IMG/VR virus record: IMGVR_UViG_3300020248_000002 | Origin: a virus | Strand: one strand, 5' to 3' | Length of the DNA stretch: 64,000 nt | In this document: piece after piece, positions 20,939-29,502 of the stretch | How the letters are laid out: every line of letters begins with the position of its first letter | Numbering within the stretch: the stretch's first letter is position 1 | Translations under genes and position numbers: made by a program | The notes under the pieces: generated by a model | The model's database searches: none | Told to the model about the DNA's origin: nothing | Seen by the model: the letters and a program-made list of their open reading frames with translations, nothing else

Positions 20939-21804
20939 TGGCAACTAACTCTTACTTTACACAAGGCACAACTGGTGAACAAGATCTTATAGAGAATCTT
21001 GTTATAGAACAGATAAAGATGTTTGGAAAGAATGTCTTTTATATGCCTAGAACTTTAGTAAATGAAGATACAACATTTACTGAAGATGCTTTGTCTAAGT
21101 TTGATGATGCCTACGAAATAGAAGCATATATTGAAGATCCAACTGGATTTACTGGTGACGGTGATCTCTTTACTAAGTTTGGTGTAAGGATTTCTGATCA
21201 AGTTACATTTATAATATCAAGAAAAAGATTTACAGAAGCAGTTGATGACAATGCACAACTGATTGTGGAAGGAAGACCTAACGAAGGAGACTTGGTTTAC
21301 TTCCCTATGGCAAATAAAATATTTAAAATTATGTTCGTTGAGCACGAACAACCTTTCTATCAGTTAGGTAAGATCCACGTATGGGGTCTTAAGTGTGAAC
21401 TCTTCGAGTTCAGCGACGAGCAGTTCGATACAGGAGTTACTGCAATCGATCAAATCGAACAGGACTTCTCAGTATCCATCACTATCAACTTTGCCACAGG
21501 TGGCACTGGAGACTTTACAGTCGGTGAAGTGGTGGCAGGTGGAACCTCTAATATTACAGCAGAGGTTAAGTCTTGGGATTCTACTAATAGACAATTACAA
21601 GTCTTTAATAGAACTGGAATATTTACAATTCCAGAGACTATAACAGGGCAGTCATCAAGTGCTGCTTGGACAACTGCATCATATAATACACTAAATAATA
21701 CATCGAGCGAATACGATTCAAATAGTTCGTTTGAAACCCTTGCTGATTCAATTATTGATTTTTCAGAAGGGAATCCATTTGGTGATTTTGGAGGTGCTAA
21801 TTAA
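20938..21804 (+). CDS. gp14: neck protein gp14
   Basis: EQDLIENLVIEQIKMFG..YMPR; RPNEGDLVYFP; C-terminal DFSEGNPFG. Confidence 0.92.
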   Translation: MATNSYFTQGTTGEQDLIENLVIEQIKMFGKNVFYMPRTLVNEDTTFTEDALSKFDDAYEIEAYIEDPTGFTGDGDLFTKFGVRISDQVTFIISRKRFTEAVDDNAQLIVEGRPNEGDLVYFPMANKIFKIMFVEHEQPFYQLGKIHVWGLKCELFEFSDEQFDTGVTAIDQIEQDFSVSITINFATGGTGDFTVGEVVAGGTSNITAEVKSWDSTNRQLQVFNRTGIFTIPETITGQSSSAAWTTASYNTLNNTSSEYDSNSSFETLADSIIDFSEGNPFGDFGGAN

Positions 21805-22601
21805 TGTTAGGTACATATACATACAATGAAATATTCCGAAAGTCAGTTATTGCTTTTGGTACTTTGTTTAATAACATAGAAATTCGTAGAAAGAAAAATG
21901 CTACGGAATATGAGTATATGAAAGTGCCTTTGGCATATGGACCTAAACAAAAGTTTTTAGCAAGACTTCAACAAGTAGGAGATTTAACTAGGAAAGATGC
22001 GACTCAAATTACGCTTCCTAGGATTTCGTTTGAGATTTCTGGTTTCAATTACGACGCAACAAGAAAGGTCTCCCCAACACAGAGAGTTAGGACTGCTGTT
22101 GGAACTGACCTACAAAAAGCGTTTATGCCAGTACCGTACAACGTTGACTTTGAGTTAGCAATTCTTTCAAAGAATCAAGATGACGGTTTACAAATCTTAG
22201 AACAAATACTTCCATACTTCCAACCCACATTTAATATCACTGTACAACTGAACGATCAGTTACAGGAGAAAAAAGATTTTCCAGTAGTTTTAAATACAAT
22301 ATCTTATGATGATGATTATGAAGGTGATTATACAACAAGAAGAACTCTCATATATACAATAACTTTCACTTGCAAAACATATATCTACGGTCCTGTTCTT
22401 GACGGTGAGAAAGAACTTATCCGTAAGGCAATCGTTGATACTGCAACTGATAATAAAACAAGTGCACCTCGTGAGATGAGATACACGGTCGAACCAGACC
22501 CAATCACTTCTGATCCAGATGATGATTTTGGTTTTAATGAATTATTCAGTACTTTTAATGATGGAAAATCAAGAAATCCAGTCACAGGAAACGACGAGTA
22601 A
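21804..22601 (+). CDS. gp15: tail sheath stabiliser / completion protein gp15
   Basis: IAFGTLFNNI; VPLAYGPKQKFLARL; TLPRISFE; QILEQILPYFQP. Confidence 0.92.
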   Translation: MLGTYTYNEIFRKSVIAFGTLFNNIEIRRKKNATEYEYMKVPLAYGPKQKFLARLQQVGDLTRKDATQITLPRISFEISGFNYDATRKVSPTQRVRTAVGTDLQKAFMPVPYNVDFELAILSKNQDDGLQILEQILPYFQPTFNITVQLNDQLQEKKDFPVVLNTISYDDDYEGDYTTRRTLIYTITFTCKTYIYGPVLDGEKELIRKAIVDTATDNKTSAPREMRYTVEPDPITSDPDDDFGFNELFSTFNDGKSRNPVTGNDE

Positions 22602-23019
22602 ATTCGACGGTATTGAAGACGCTCTTGATGTAGAAACATCCATCGTTAAAGATGAGAAACCTGCATTAGAGAGAGTAGAAGATACACCTGTAAAACAAAA
22701 CGAAGCAATTAAAAAAGACTACGAATATACTCGTGGCAATTTGTATTCGTTAATTGACAAGGGACAGGAAGCGGTAGACGGAATCCTAGAACTATCACAA
22801 CAAACAGATTCACCACGTGCCTATGAGGTAGCAGGTAATCTTATTAAGAACGTGGCAGATGCCACGGATAAACTAATAGACCTTCAGAAAAAAATGCAAG
22901 AATTAGAAGAAGGTCCAAAAGGTGCTGTAACAGGTAACGTTACTAACAACACAATGTTTGTTGGTAGCACTGCTGATCTTGCGAAATTCCTCAAACAGAA
23001 ACAGAAAGAGGATAAATAG
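22558..23019 (+). CDS. gp16: terminase small subunit gp16
   Basis: DYEYTRGNL, SPRAYEVAG and FVGSTADL motifs; start refined to MMENQ. Confidence 0.9.
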   Translation: MMENQEIQSQETTSKFDGIEDALDVETSIVKDEKPALERVEDTPVKQNEAIKKDYEYTRGNLYSLIDKGQEAVDGILELSQQTDSPRAYEVAGNLIKNVADATDKLIDLQKKMQELEEGPKGAVTGNVTNNTMFVGSTADLAKFLKQKQKEDK

Positions 23020-23046
23020 TAAAAACAATCTTGTGTCAAAAAGTCG

Positions 23047-23595
23047 ATGTCTGTATTAAATGTCTTAGATACTACGACAGTGAGTGGTTCAGGTACTGCT
23101 TACATCGTCGTTAAAAGTGGAGTTGTACGTGCATATGCTGCATCTGCATCAACCATAAAATTTGATAGCGGTCCTGCTATTACACTTGCAGCAGGGGAAG
23201 CAGTTTTGCTTTCAGTAGGTAAATCAAAAAATATTAGTATTACTGGTGCAACTAATGCTAACGGTTCAGTATTTACTGTTGCAGGTGGTGGACACGGTAC
23301 AGGAGCAGGTGGTCGTCACAGTTTTGCTGTAGGAGATTTTGTTCAGACTATAGATGGTGGTGACACAGGTTTTGGAACAGACTTTGAATCTGCTGCATCA
23401 GCAGGTAAGAAAGTGACAGCAGTTACTGACATAACAATTACTACAGACATTGATGCGTCAGGTGCAGGTTCTGCATATTCAATCAGTGATGCTGATGTAA
23501 TCGCTAACACCGTTCCTATGTTACAAAGAACTGTTAAGTTAACAGCAGGTTCTGCGGACGTAGTTGTAGAACAAGTACAAGTTGTCGGAGGTTGA
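23047..23595 (+). CDS. hypothetical (probable virion) protein
   Basis: G/S/T/A-rich ORF preceded by late-promoter-like ATAAATA at 23012. Confidence 0.65.
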   Translation: MSVLNVLDTTTVSGSGTAYIVVKSGVVRAYAASASTIKFDSGPAITLAAGEAVLLSVGKSKNISITGATNANGSVFTVAGGGHGTGAGGRHSFAVGDFVQTIDGGDTGFGTDFESAASAGKKVTAVTDITITTDIDASGAGSAYSISDADVIANTVPMLQRTVKLTAGSADVVVEQVQVVGG

Positions 23596-23598
23596 TCC

Positions 23599-23742
23599 GT
23601 GGCGATACAAGATATTAATGGTCAATGGGTATGTGCATATTGTGGATTGAAGTCTCCTAAAGGACATTGGAGACCTAAAACGTGGATTGAAAAACACGAA
23701 AAAAATTGTCCTAGACACCCATCTAATAATCAAGTAGCATAA
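23599..23742 (+). CDS. 47-aa C2HC zinc-finger microprotein (not in ORF track)
   Basis: GGAGG SD at 23587, GTG start; MAIQDINGQWVCAYCGLKSPKGHWRPKTWIEKHEKNCPRHPSNNQVA; its stop overlaps the next ATG. Confidence 0.65.
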   Translation: MAIQDINGQWVCAYCGLKSPKGHWRPKTWIEKHEKNCPRHPSNNQVA

Positions 23743-25640
23743 TGAACAATCTTCAATCATTTTCTAACTTTACTGAACACTGTGGTTGCGATCATAGTGA
23801 AGACAAAAAGAAAAAATCTAAAGTTACTAAAGAAGAGATCATAAAAGAATATGGTGATCCTACAGTTAGTAAGAGATTGAGAGTTGCTCGTGCGATTGAT
23901 TCAACGTTTAGAGGTAAAGCACCAAAGTACAATAGTAAGCGTGCTAAAATTTCTAATGCTTTGAAGATGTCATCAATAAAAGCAGAGACAAAAAAAAGAA
24001 AGGCAAAAGAAAATCCATATTCAGCAGGTAAAAAATTAAAAGCAGCTCTTGGAATAAACAGTGAAGGTTATCTTCCAGAAGAGGGATATGATATTGCAAG
24101 AGATATGGGAATGGTAAAACCATCTAAAGATAAGAAAGATGCAACTACTGCTAACCATACAAGAGAAACTGAGACTGATGCTCAAAGAAAATTACGTATG
24201 CTAAAGCAGCAGAAGAATACTGCTAGAGCAGTTGAGAATGTTAAACAAAGACTTAGAGATAAGTATGGTAAGAATGCCATAATGGATGTAGGTAAGAAAA
24301 ATGAAGAAGTAGAACATCTTGATGAATTAAGTAAGACAACTACTGCGAACTATCTCTACCACGCAAAGGTAGATAAAAATTATGTTCACGGTGGCAAGAT
24401 GGGTAAGTATGCAAAAGCGAGAGACAAAGGAATACAAAGAGCAGAGAAAAAACTAGGAAAAAAAGTTAGTGATAGAGTTAACTATGTTGCAGATACTGAT
24501 ACTCGCTCGATGAGACAAGATTCAAGTACATCAGCATACCCTAGAAAAATTAAGGTAAAAGAAGAAGTACAGTTAGAGAAAGTTAATCTAAGAGATAAGT
24601 CTACTCAGTATGCTAGAAGCACTAAAGAGGTAGATACTGCAATGACAGATCACGTCAATAGAACAAAAGGTAGACACTATGGTAAAGATGGTAAGGTCAC
24701 AGAAGTTGGTCGTTATCGTAGACCAAGTAAGAGAGAAGCAAGAAATGAATTGATTGATTTGTATAAAGAAAGTTATGGTAGAGGTAGACTTACTAGCACT
24801 AATGATATGCAGAGTAAGTTATACGCTAAGAATAATAGTATGGGTAAACCAAGAACTGATGATGAGATCAGGAAAGAAAAAGGTGGACAAGCATTTCTTG
24901 ATAGAATCAAAGCAGCAAAATCAAAAATGAAAAGTGAAGGAACTTCTTATGGTCTCTACAAGGGAACTGGTAAACCATCAGGTCCTATGGCAGCGTTTGC
25001 TAAGAAAACTAAGAAGAAAAAAGAAGTAAAAGAAGAAATGGGTAATATAGCACATACTAAAACTAAAAAAGGTGGAAAGACAATTATAAATGTAAATAAA
25101 AATGATGAGGCAGATGCACAGAAAGCAATGAAGAATGATCCAAAATACATTCTTGGTAAGACTAGAGTGCAGTCATATAAAGAAGAATTTTATCAAAAAA
25201 GATATACTAGCAGTGGTTATAAACCTGTTGGTAAAAATAAGAGAATGGATCAGTCAAACAAAAGATCTGGTGATAGTAAAGCACAGTATAGAGACTTACA
25301 TAAAGATCTTGCTAAGTATGGTCACGTTAAAACAGGTAAAGCAAGTAACCTTAAAAGTGGTTTGAAGAGTTTCAAGGAATCTGCGTGGCAACGTAAAGAA
25401 GGAAAGAACCCTAGTGGTGGGTTAAATGAAAAGGGAAGAAAGTCTTATGAAAGAGAAAATCCTGGTTCAGATCTCAAAGCACCTGTAACAGGTAGTCCAA
25501 AACCAGGTAGTAAGGCAGATAAAAGGCAAAACAATTTTTGCAAAAGAATGGGTGGAATGAGAGGACCTATGAAAGATGAGAAAGGTAGACCAACTCGTAA
25601 AGCATTAGCACTTAAAAAATGGAACTGTCGTAGTTCCTAG
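23742..25640 (+). CDS. Lys/Arg-rich modular protein (possible internal head protein)
   Basis: Very basic modules separated by Glu-containing linkers; C-terminal AWQRKEGKNPSGGLNEKGRKSY...FCKRMGGM...ALKKWNC domain. Confidence 0.7.
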   Translation: MNNLQSFSNFTEHCGCDHSEDKKKKSKVTKEEIIKEYGDPTVSKRLRVARAIDSTFRGKAPKYNSKRAKISNALKMSSIKAETKKRKAKENPYSAGKKLKAALGINSEGYLPEEGYDIARDMGMVKPSKDKKDATTANHTRETETDAQRKLRMLKQQKNTARAVENVKQRLRDKYGKNAIMDVGKKNEEVEHLDELSKTTTANYLYHAKVDKNYVHGGKMGKYAKARDKGIQRAEKKLGKKVSDRVNYVADTDTRSMRQDSSTSAYPRKIKVKEEVQLEKVNLRDKSTQYARSTKEVDTAMTDHVNRTKGRHYGKDGKVTEVGRYRRPSKREARNELIDLYKESYGRGRLTSTNDMQSKLYAKNNSMGKPRTDDEIRKEKGGQAFLDRIKAAKSKMKSEGTSYGLYKGTGKPSGPMAAFAKKTKKKKEVKEEMGNIAHTKTKKGGKTIINVNKNDEADAQKAMKNDPKYILGKTRVQSYKEEFYQKRYTSSGYKPVGKNKRMDQSNKRSGDSKAQYRDLHKDLAKYGHVKTGKASNLKSGLKSFKESAWQRKEGKNPSGGLNEKGRKSYERENPGSDLKAPVTGSPKPGSKADKRQNNFCKRMGGMRGPMKDEKGRPTRKALALKKWNCRSS

Positions 25641-25662
25641 ATAGTGTAACAGAAACTTTATT

Positions 25663-26280
25663 ATGCAACCTGACGTTATTGATTTATTTCCATCCACAGT
25701 TCTAAGATTCAGACACGATGACTCTGAGATAAGGGATGAACTTGAAAAAGTTATTAGTGATGTACAAGAGAAAGAACAATTAATTCTTCACTTCGGTGAT
25801 GATCCTTCCAAGCAAGATCATTGGAGGGATTTTTTTCGTGCGTATGAAATGCCAAACTTAGAATCATATATTGCAGAGTGTGTTATTAAATATGTTGGTC
25901 ACGATAATTGGAATATACCTGAGTCTTGGTTAAATATATACCCAACAGGTGCTAATCAGAATCAACATATGCACCCAGGATTTGAGTTGTCAGGATGTTA
26001 TTATCATAAGACAAGTCCAGAACAAGGATTAATTAATTTTCATAGTCCACTTGTACAAGCAAGAATGAGTTGTTTTGCTACTTATCAAGAGATGGCAGTA
26101 GAAACATTCCCTGATACTTTGATATTATTTCCATCTTGGTTGGAACATTCTACTACACAGAACTATTCAAGAGATCAAAAATATTCAATAGGATTTAATG
26201 TAAAGGTAAATAAAACAGGAGACTTTCCATTACACGGACAGTGGTATGGAAACCATACAATAGTACACAATAAGAACTAA
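25663..26280 (+). CDS. 2OG-Fe(II) oxygenase (HxH type)
   Basis: SWLN...HMHP..LSGCYY...FPSWLEHS...YSIGFN. Confidence 0.8.
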   Translation: MQPDVIDLFPSTVLRFRHDDSEIRDELEKVISDVQEKEQLILHFGDDPSKQDHWRDFFRAYEMPNLESYIAECVIKYVGHDNWNIPESWLNIYPTGANQNQHMHPGFELSGCYYHKTSPEQGLINFHSPLVQARMSCFATYQEMAVETFPDTLILFPSWLEHSTTQNYSRDQKYSIGFNVKVNKTGDFPLHGQWYGNHTIVHNKN

Positions 26281-26453
26281 TGGTTGTCTGGGGTGTTGTT
26301 ATTATGATTGCAATACTTGTTGTAATAGTTACTTGGTATATCGTCTATATACTAAGGACTGCATATATGGAGATGAACGATGGGAGCAATGGTTCCACCA
26401 AGCAGGAAGAGTTGCTACAACTTCCGAGTGACAGAGATAAACAGGGTAGTTGA
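26280..26453 (+). CDS. 57-aa single-pass membrane protein (not in ORF track)
   Basis: TAATG overlap; MVVWGVVIMIAILVVIVTWYIVYILR hydrophobic helix. Confidence 0.55.
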   Translation: MVVWGVVIMIAILVVIVTWYIVYILRTAYMEMNDGSNGSTKQEELLQLPSDRDKQGS

Positions 26454-26844
26454 TGGTGACACTATTGACGTTACTATCGATCTAGGTTTTGATCTATACA
26501 AAAAAGAAAGGGTGAGAGTAGCAGGAGTCGATACTCCTGAGAAACGCACCCGTGACTTGGAAGAGAAAGCATTAGGTATAGATGCTACTAATTGGATAAA
26601 AGAAAAATTGGAGGGTGCTATTGATGGAGAGTCTGAACTTACTATACGAACTGAACTCAAGGGAGGGATGGGTAAGTATGGTCGTTTGCTTGGTTGGTTA
26701 TATGTTGGTGATGAAGATGTATCTCTCAACGAGCAAATGATAACCGAAGGATATGCGTGGTCTTATGATGGTGGTACAAAGAAAAAAGACTTTGAGGAAC
26801 TACGCGAAATTCGTCGTTCATATGGTACACTTGTAGCAGGTTAA
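26380..26844 (+). CDS. staphylococcal-nuclease-like (thermonuclease) endonuclease
   Basis: RVVDGDTID, RVAGVDTPE, GKYGRLL and LNEQMITEGYA motifs. Confidence 0.88.
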   Translation: MGAMVPPSRKSCYNFRVTEINRVVDGDTIDVTIDLGFDLYKKERVRVAGVDTPEKRTRDLEEKALGIDATNWIKEKLEGAIDGESELTIRTELKGGMGKYGRLLGWLYVGDEDVSLNEQMITEGYAWSYDGGTKKKDFEELREIRRSYGTLVAG

Positions 26845-26846
26845 CT

Positions 26847-27536
26847 GTGACAAATCTTTGTGATGAGTTAGCGGATCTTATTCGCAGGAACATTAGTGAT
26901 TTGCCTGACCTTGAGGTTATGGAATCGGATCATAGTGTTATAGAGCACGAGAAAGTGACTATACACAATGAGATGTGGAAGTGCAAAGGACTCAGAAAAT
27001 TACATATTGAAAGAGCGAATACTGACAAGATAGAGATCATCCACTGTGTTCTTTATCCAGATCCAGAATATCGTTTACCTATTTTTGGTTGTGACATTAT
27101 CCAAACAACTTCAACTATTACTGCTGCTATTGTTGATGTGTCTCCTGTACACGGGGTGGATCTCAATCCTCAGTTATCAGTAGTTAGTGAAAAATATAAA
27201 TTTAAAGACAAGAGACCTCTTCCTATATGGGCAGAGGATATATTCTCGAACCATTGTAAATTTGCTAGATTGAAAGATCAAAAAGCAAGAGATGATTTCT
27301 ATACTGTAGTTCAGAAATATTTACTAATATATTGTAATGCTGTGAGACACGCTAAGAAAGATCCACATTCTCCTTTTATACCAATAATGAAAAGATTAGA
27401 TGATCAGTGTTGGTACTGTGTGTCTCAAAGAAAAAATCAAAAAACTAAAGCAGTATTGTCACAGTGGTTTGATCCCCTCTGGGCAGATAAATACATAAAC
27501 AATGTCTTATTTGACAAACCTTGGAGTAAAGATTAA
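26847..27536 (+). CDS. pcyA: phycocyanobilin:ferredoxin oxidoreductase
   Basis: KLHIE...HCVLYPDP.Y.LPIFGCD..AAIVDVSP retains the PcyA His74/Glu76/His88/Asp105 equivalents; YC..Q..N.KT..VL...F...WA..YI..VLFD. Confidence 0.85.
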   Translation: MTNLCDELADLIRRNISDLPDLEVMESDHSVIEHEKVTIHNEMWKCKGLRKLHIERANTDKIEIIHCVLYPDPEYRLPIFGCDIIQTTSTITAAIVDVSPVHGVDLNPQLSVVSEKYKFKDKRPLPIWAEDIFSNHCKFARLKDQKARDDFYTVVQKYLLIYCNAVRHAKKDPHSPFIPIMKRLDDQCWYCVSQRKNQKTKAVLSQWFDPLWADKYINNVLFDKPWSKD

Positions 27537-29185
27537 TGGCAGAAAATCAGATATACTTAGGCAACCCCAATCTTAAGAAAGCAAACGTTGCAACTAACTT
27601 CTCACCAGAACAGGTAAGAGAGTTTGTTAAATGTAGTAGAGATCCTGCATATTTTATTCGTAATTATATTAGGATCGTATCTCTTGATGAAGGTGTTATA
27701 CCTTTTAATATGTACGATTTCCAAGAGGAGATGGTAAAAAGTTTTCACGAGAATAGATTTAATATTGCTAAATTACCTAGACAGTCTGGTAAGTCAACTA
27801 TTGTAACATCATATCTATTATGGTATGTAATTTTTAACGATAACGTCAATGTCGCAATCCTCGCAAACAAAGCCCCAACTGCTAGAGAAATGTTGGGACG
27901 CTTACAGTTATCTTATGAGAACCTTCCTAAATGGATGCAGCAAGGTATTGTTGGTTGGAACAAGGGGTCAGTCGAATTGGAGAACGGATCTCGTCTCCTT
28001 GCTTCATCTACTTCTGCTTCTGCTGTTCGTGGGATGTCCTTTAATATTATCTTCCTTGATGAGTTTGCGTTCGTTCCAAATAATATTGCTGAACAGTTCT
28101 TTGCTTCTGTTTATCCTACTATCTCATCTGGTAAATCTACAAAAGTTATTATCATATCTACCCCACACGGGATGAATATGTATTATAAGATATGGCACGA
28201 TGCAGAAAGAAATAAGAATGAATATGTTAATACAGAAGTGCACTGGTCACAGGTTCCAGGTAGAGATCAGAAGTGGAAAGAGCAAACTATAGCAAACACA
28301 TCAGAAGCACAGTTCAGAGTTGAGTTTGAATGTGAGTTTCTAGGATCTGTAGATACACTAATTTCCGCAAGTAAATTAAGATTGATGGTTTATGAAGATC
28401 CTCTACACTCCAGTGTAGGACTGGATGTTTATGAAGATCCGATTGACGGACACACTTATACAATGACTGTAGACGTAGCACGCGGAGTAGATGGTGACTA
28501 TAGTGCATTTTGTATATTTGATACTACAGAACCTCCGTATAAATTAGTAGCAAAATATAGAAGTAATACAGTTAAACCCCTTTTATTCCCAGATATTATA
28601 GTCAAGACTGCAAGTGCATACAACCACGCTTTTGTATTAGTAGAAGTAAATGACGTTGGTGCACAGGTAGCAGACATCATACAGTATGATCTTGAGTATG
28701 ACAATCTATTAATGTCTGCTATGCGTGGTAGAGCAGGACAAGTTATAGGACAAGGATTCTCTGGTGGTAAAGTACAACTTGGTGTAAAGATGTCTAGTGC
28801 TGTAAAGAAAGTTGGTTGTTCTAACTTAAAACAATTAATAGAAGATGATAAGATGACTCTATGTGATTATGATATTATCTCAGAACTAACTACGTTTATT
28901 CAGAAAGGACAGTCGTGGCAAGCAGAAGAAGGATGTAATGATGACCTTGCTATGTGTTTAGTTATCTTTGCTTGGTTAGCAGTGCAACCATATTTCAAAG
29001 AGATACACGATAATGATGTTCGTGTAAAGATGTATGAAGAACAAAGAGAAGCAATAGAAGCAGATATGGCACCATTTGGTTTTGTTGATAATGGTATAGA
29101 AGATACAACATTTATTGATGAAGATGGTAACGTCTGGAACTCTGATCCTTATGGTGAAAGAACCTATATGTGGGAATATAGATGA
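27536..29185 (+). CDS. gp17: terminase large subunit gp17
   Basis: Walker A PRQSGKST; Walker B IFLDEFAF; nuclease VDVARG and DDLAM motifs. Confidence 0.96.
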   Translation: MAENQIYLGNPNLKKANVATNFSPEQVREFVKCSRDPAYFIRNYIRIVSLDEGVIPFNMYDFQEEMVKSFHENRFNIAKLPRQSGKSTIVTSYLLWYVIFNDNVNVAILANKAPTAREMLGRLQLSYENLPKWMQQGIVGWNKGSVELENGSRLLASSTSASAVRGMSFNIIFLDEFAFVPNNIAEQFFASVYPTISSGKSTKVIIISTPHGMNMYYKIWHDAERNKNEYVNTEVHWSQVPGRDQKWKEQTIANTSEAQFRVEFECEFLGSVDTLISASKLRLMVYEDPLHSSVGLDVYEDPIDGHTYTMTVDVARGVDGDYSAFCIFDTTEPPYKLVAKYRSNTVKPLLFPDIIVKTASAYNHAFVLVEVNDVGAQVADIIQYDLEYDNLLMSAMRGRAGQVIGQGFSGGKVQLGVKMSSAVKKVGCSNLKQLIEDDKMTLCDYDIISELTTFIQKGQSWQAEEGCNDDLAMCLVIFAWLAVQPYFKEIHDNDVRVKMYEEQREAIEADMAPFGFVDNGIEDTTFIDEDGNVWNSDPYGERTYMWEYR

Positions 29186-29412
29186 ACCTAGAGGACGAGT
29201 TAGAATTAGAACACCTGTTATTAGAAGATAGAAGGTGTCGTAAATGTCTTGTCACAAAAAATTTATTATCAGATTTTTACAAAACTAGAAAGGATAGAGG
29301 TAACTATCCATCTGCATTTGCGTATGAGTGTAAAGAATGTACTAAGAAGCGTGTTCAAGTACGTAGAAGAAATAAAAAGAGTCGTAAATGGTGTGACTAT
29401 CCTGACTGGTAA
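29182..29412 (+). CDS. small Zn-binding hypothetical protein
   Basis: CRKC...FYKTR...YECKEC; ATGA overlap. Confidence 0.7.
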   Translation: MNLEDELELEHLLLEDRRCRKCLVTKNLLSDFYKTRKDRGNYPSAFAYECKECTKKRVQVRRRNKKSRKWCDYPDW

Positions 29413-29453
29413 ACAGTTCACGTTTTGTTTCCCCATCAGAAAGATCGGTATTA

Positions 29454-29460
29454 ATAAATA
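29454..29460 (+). promoter_or_regulatory. late promoter ATAAATA
   Basis: Upstream of gp18, with an AAGGAG SD downstream. Confidence 0.65.
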
Positions 29461-29502
29461 ATTCTAGTAAAATTGGAAGCATTTTTCAAGGAGAATTAAA
29501 CA

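Noticed and set aside
27536-29185. Intein or intron in terminase or other core genes
   Set aside because: Lengths are normal and motifs are contiguous; no homing endonuclease is evident.
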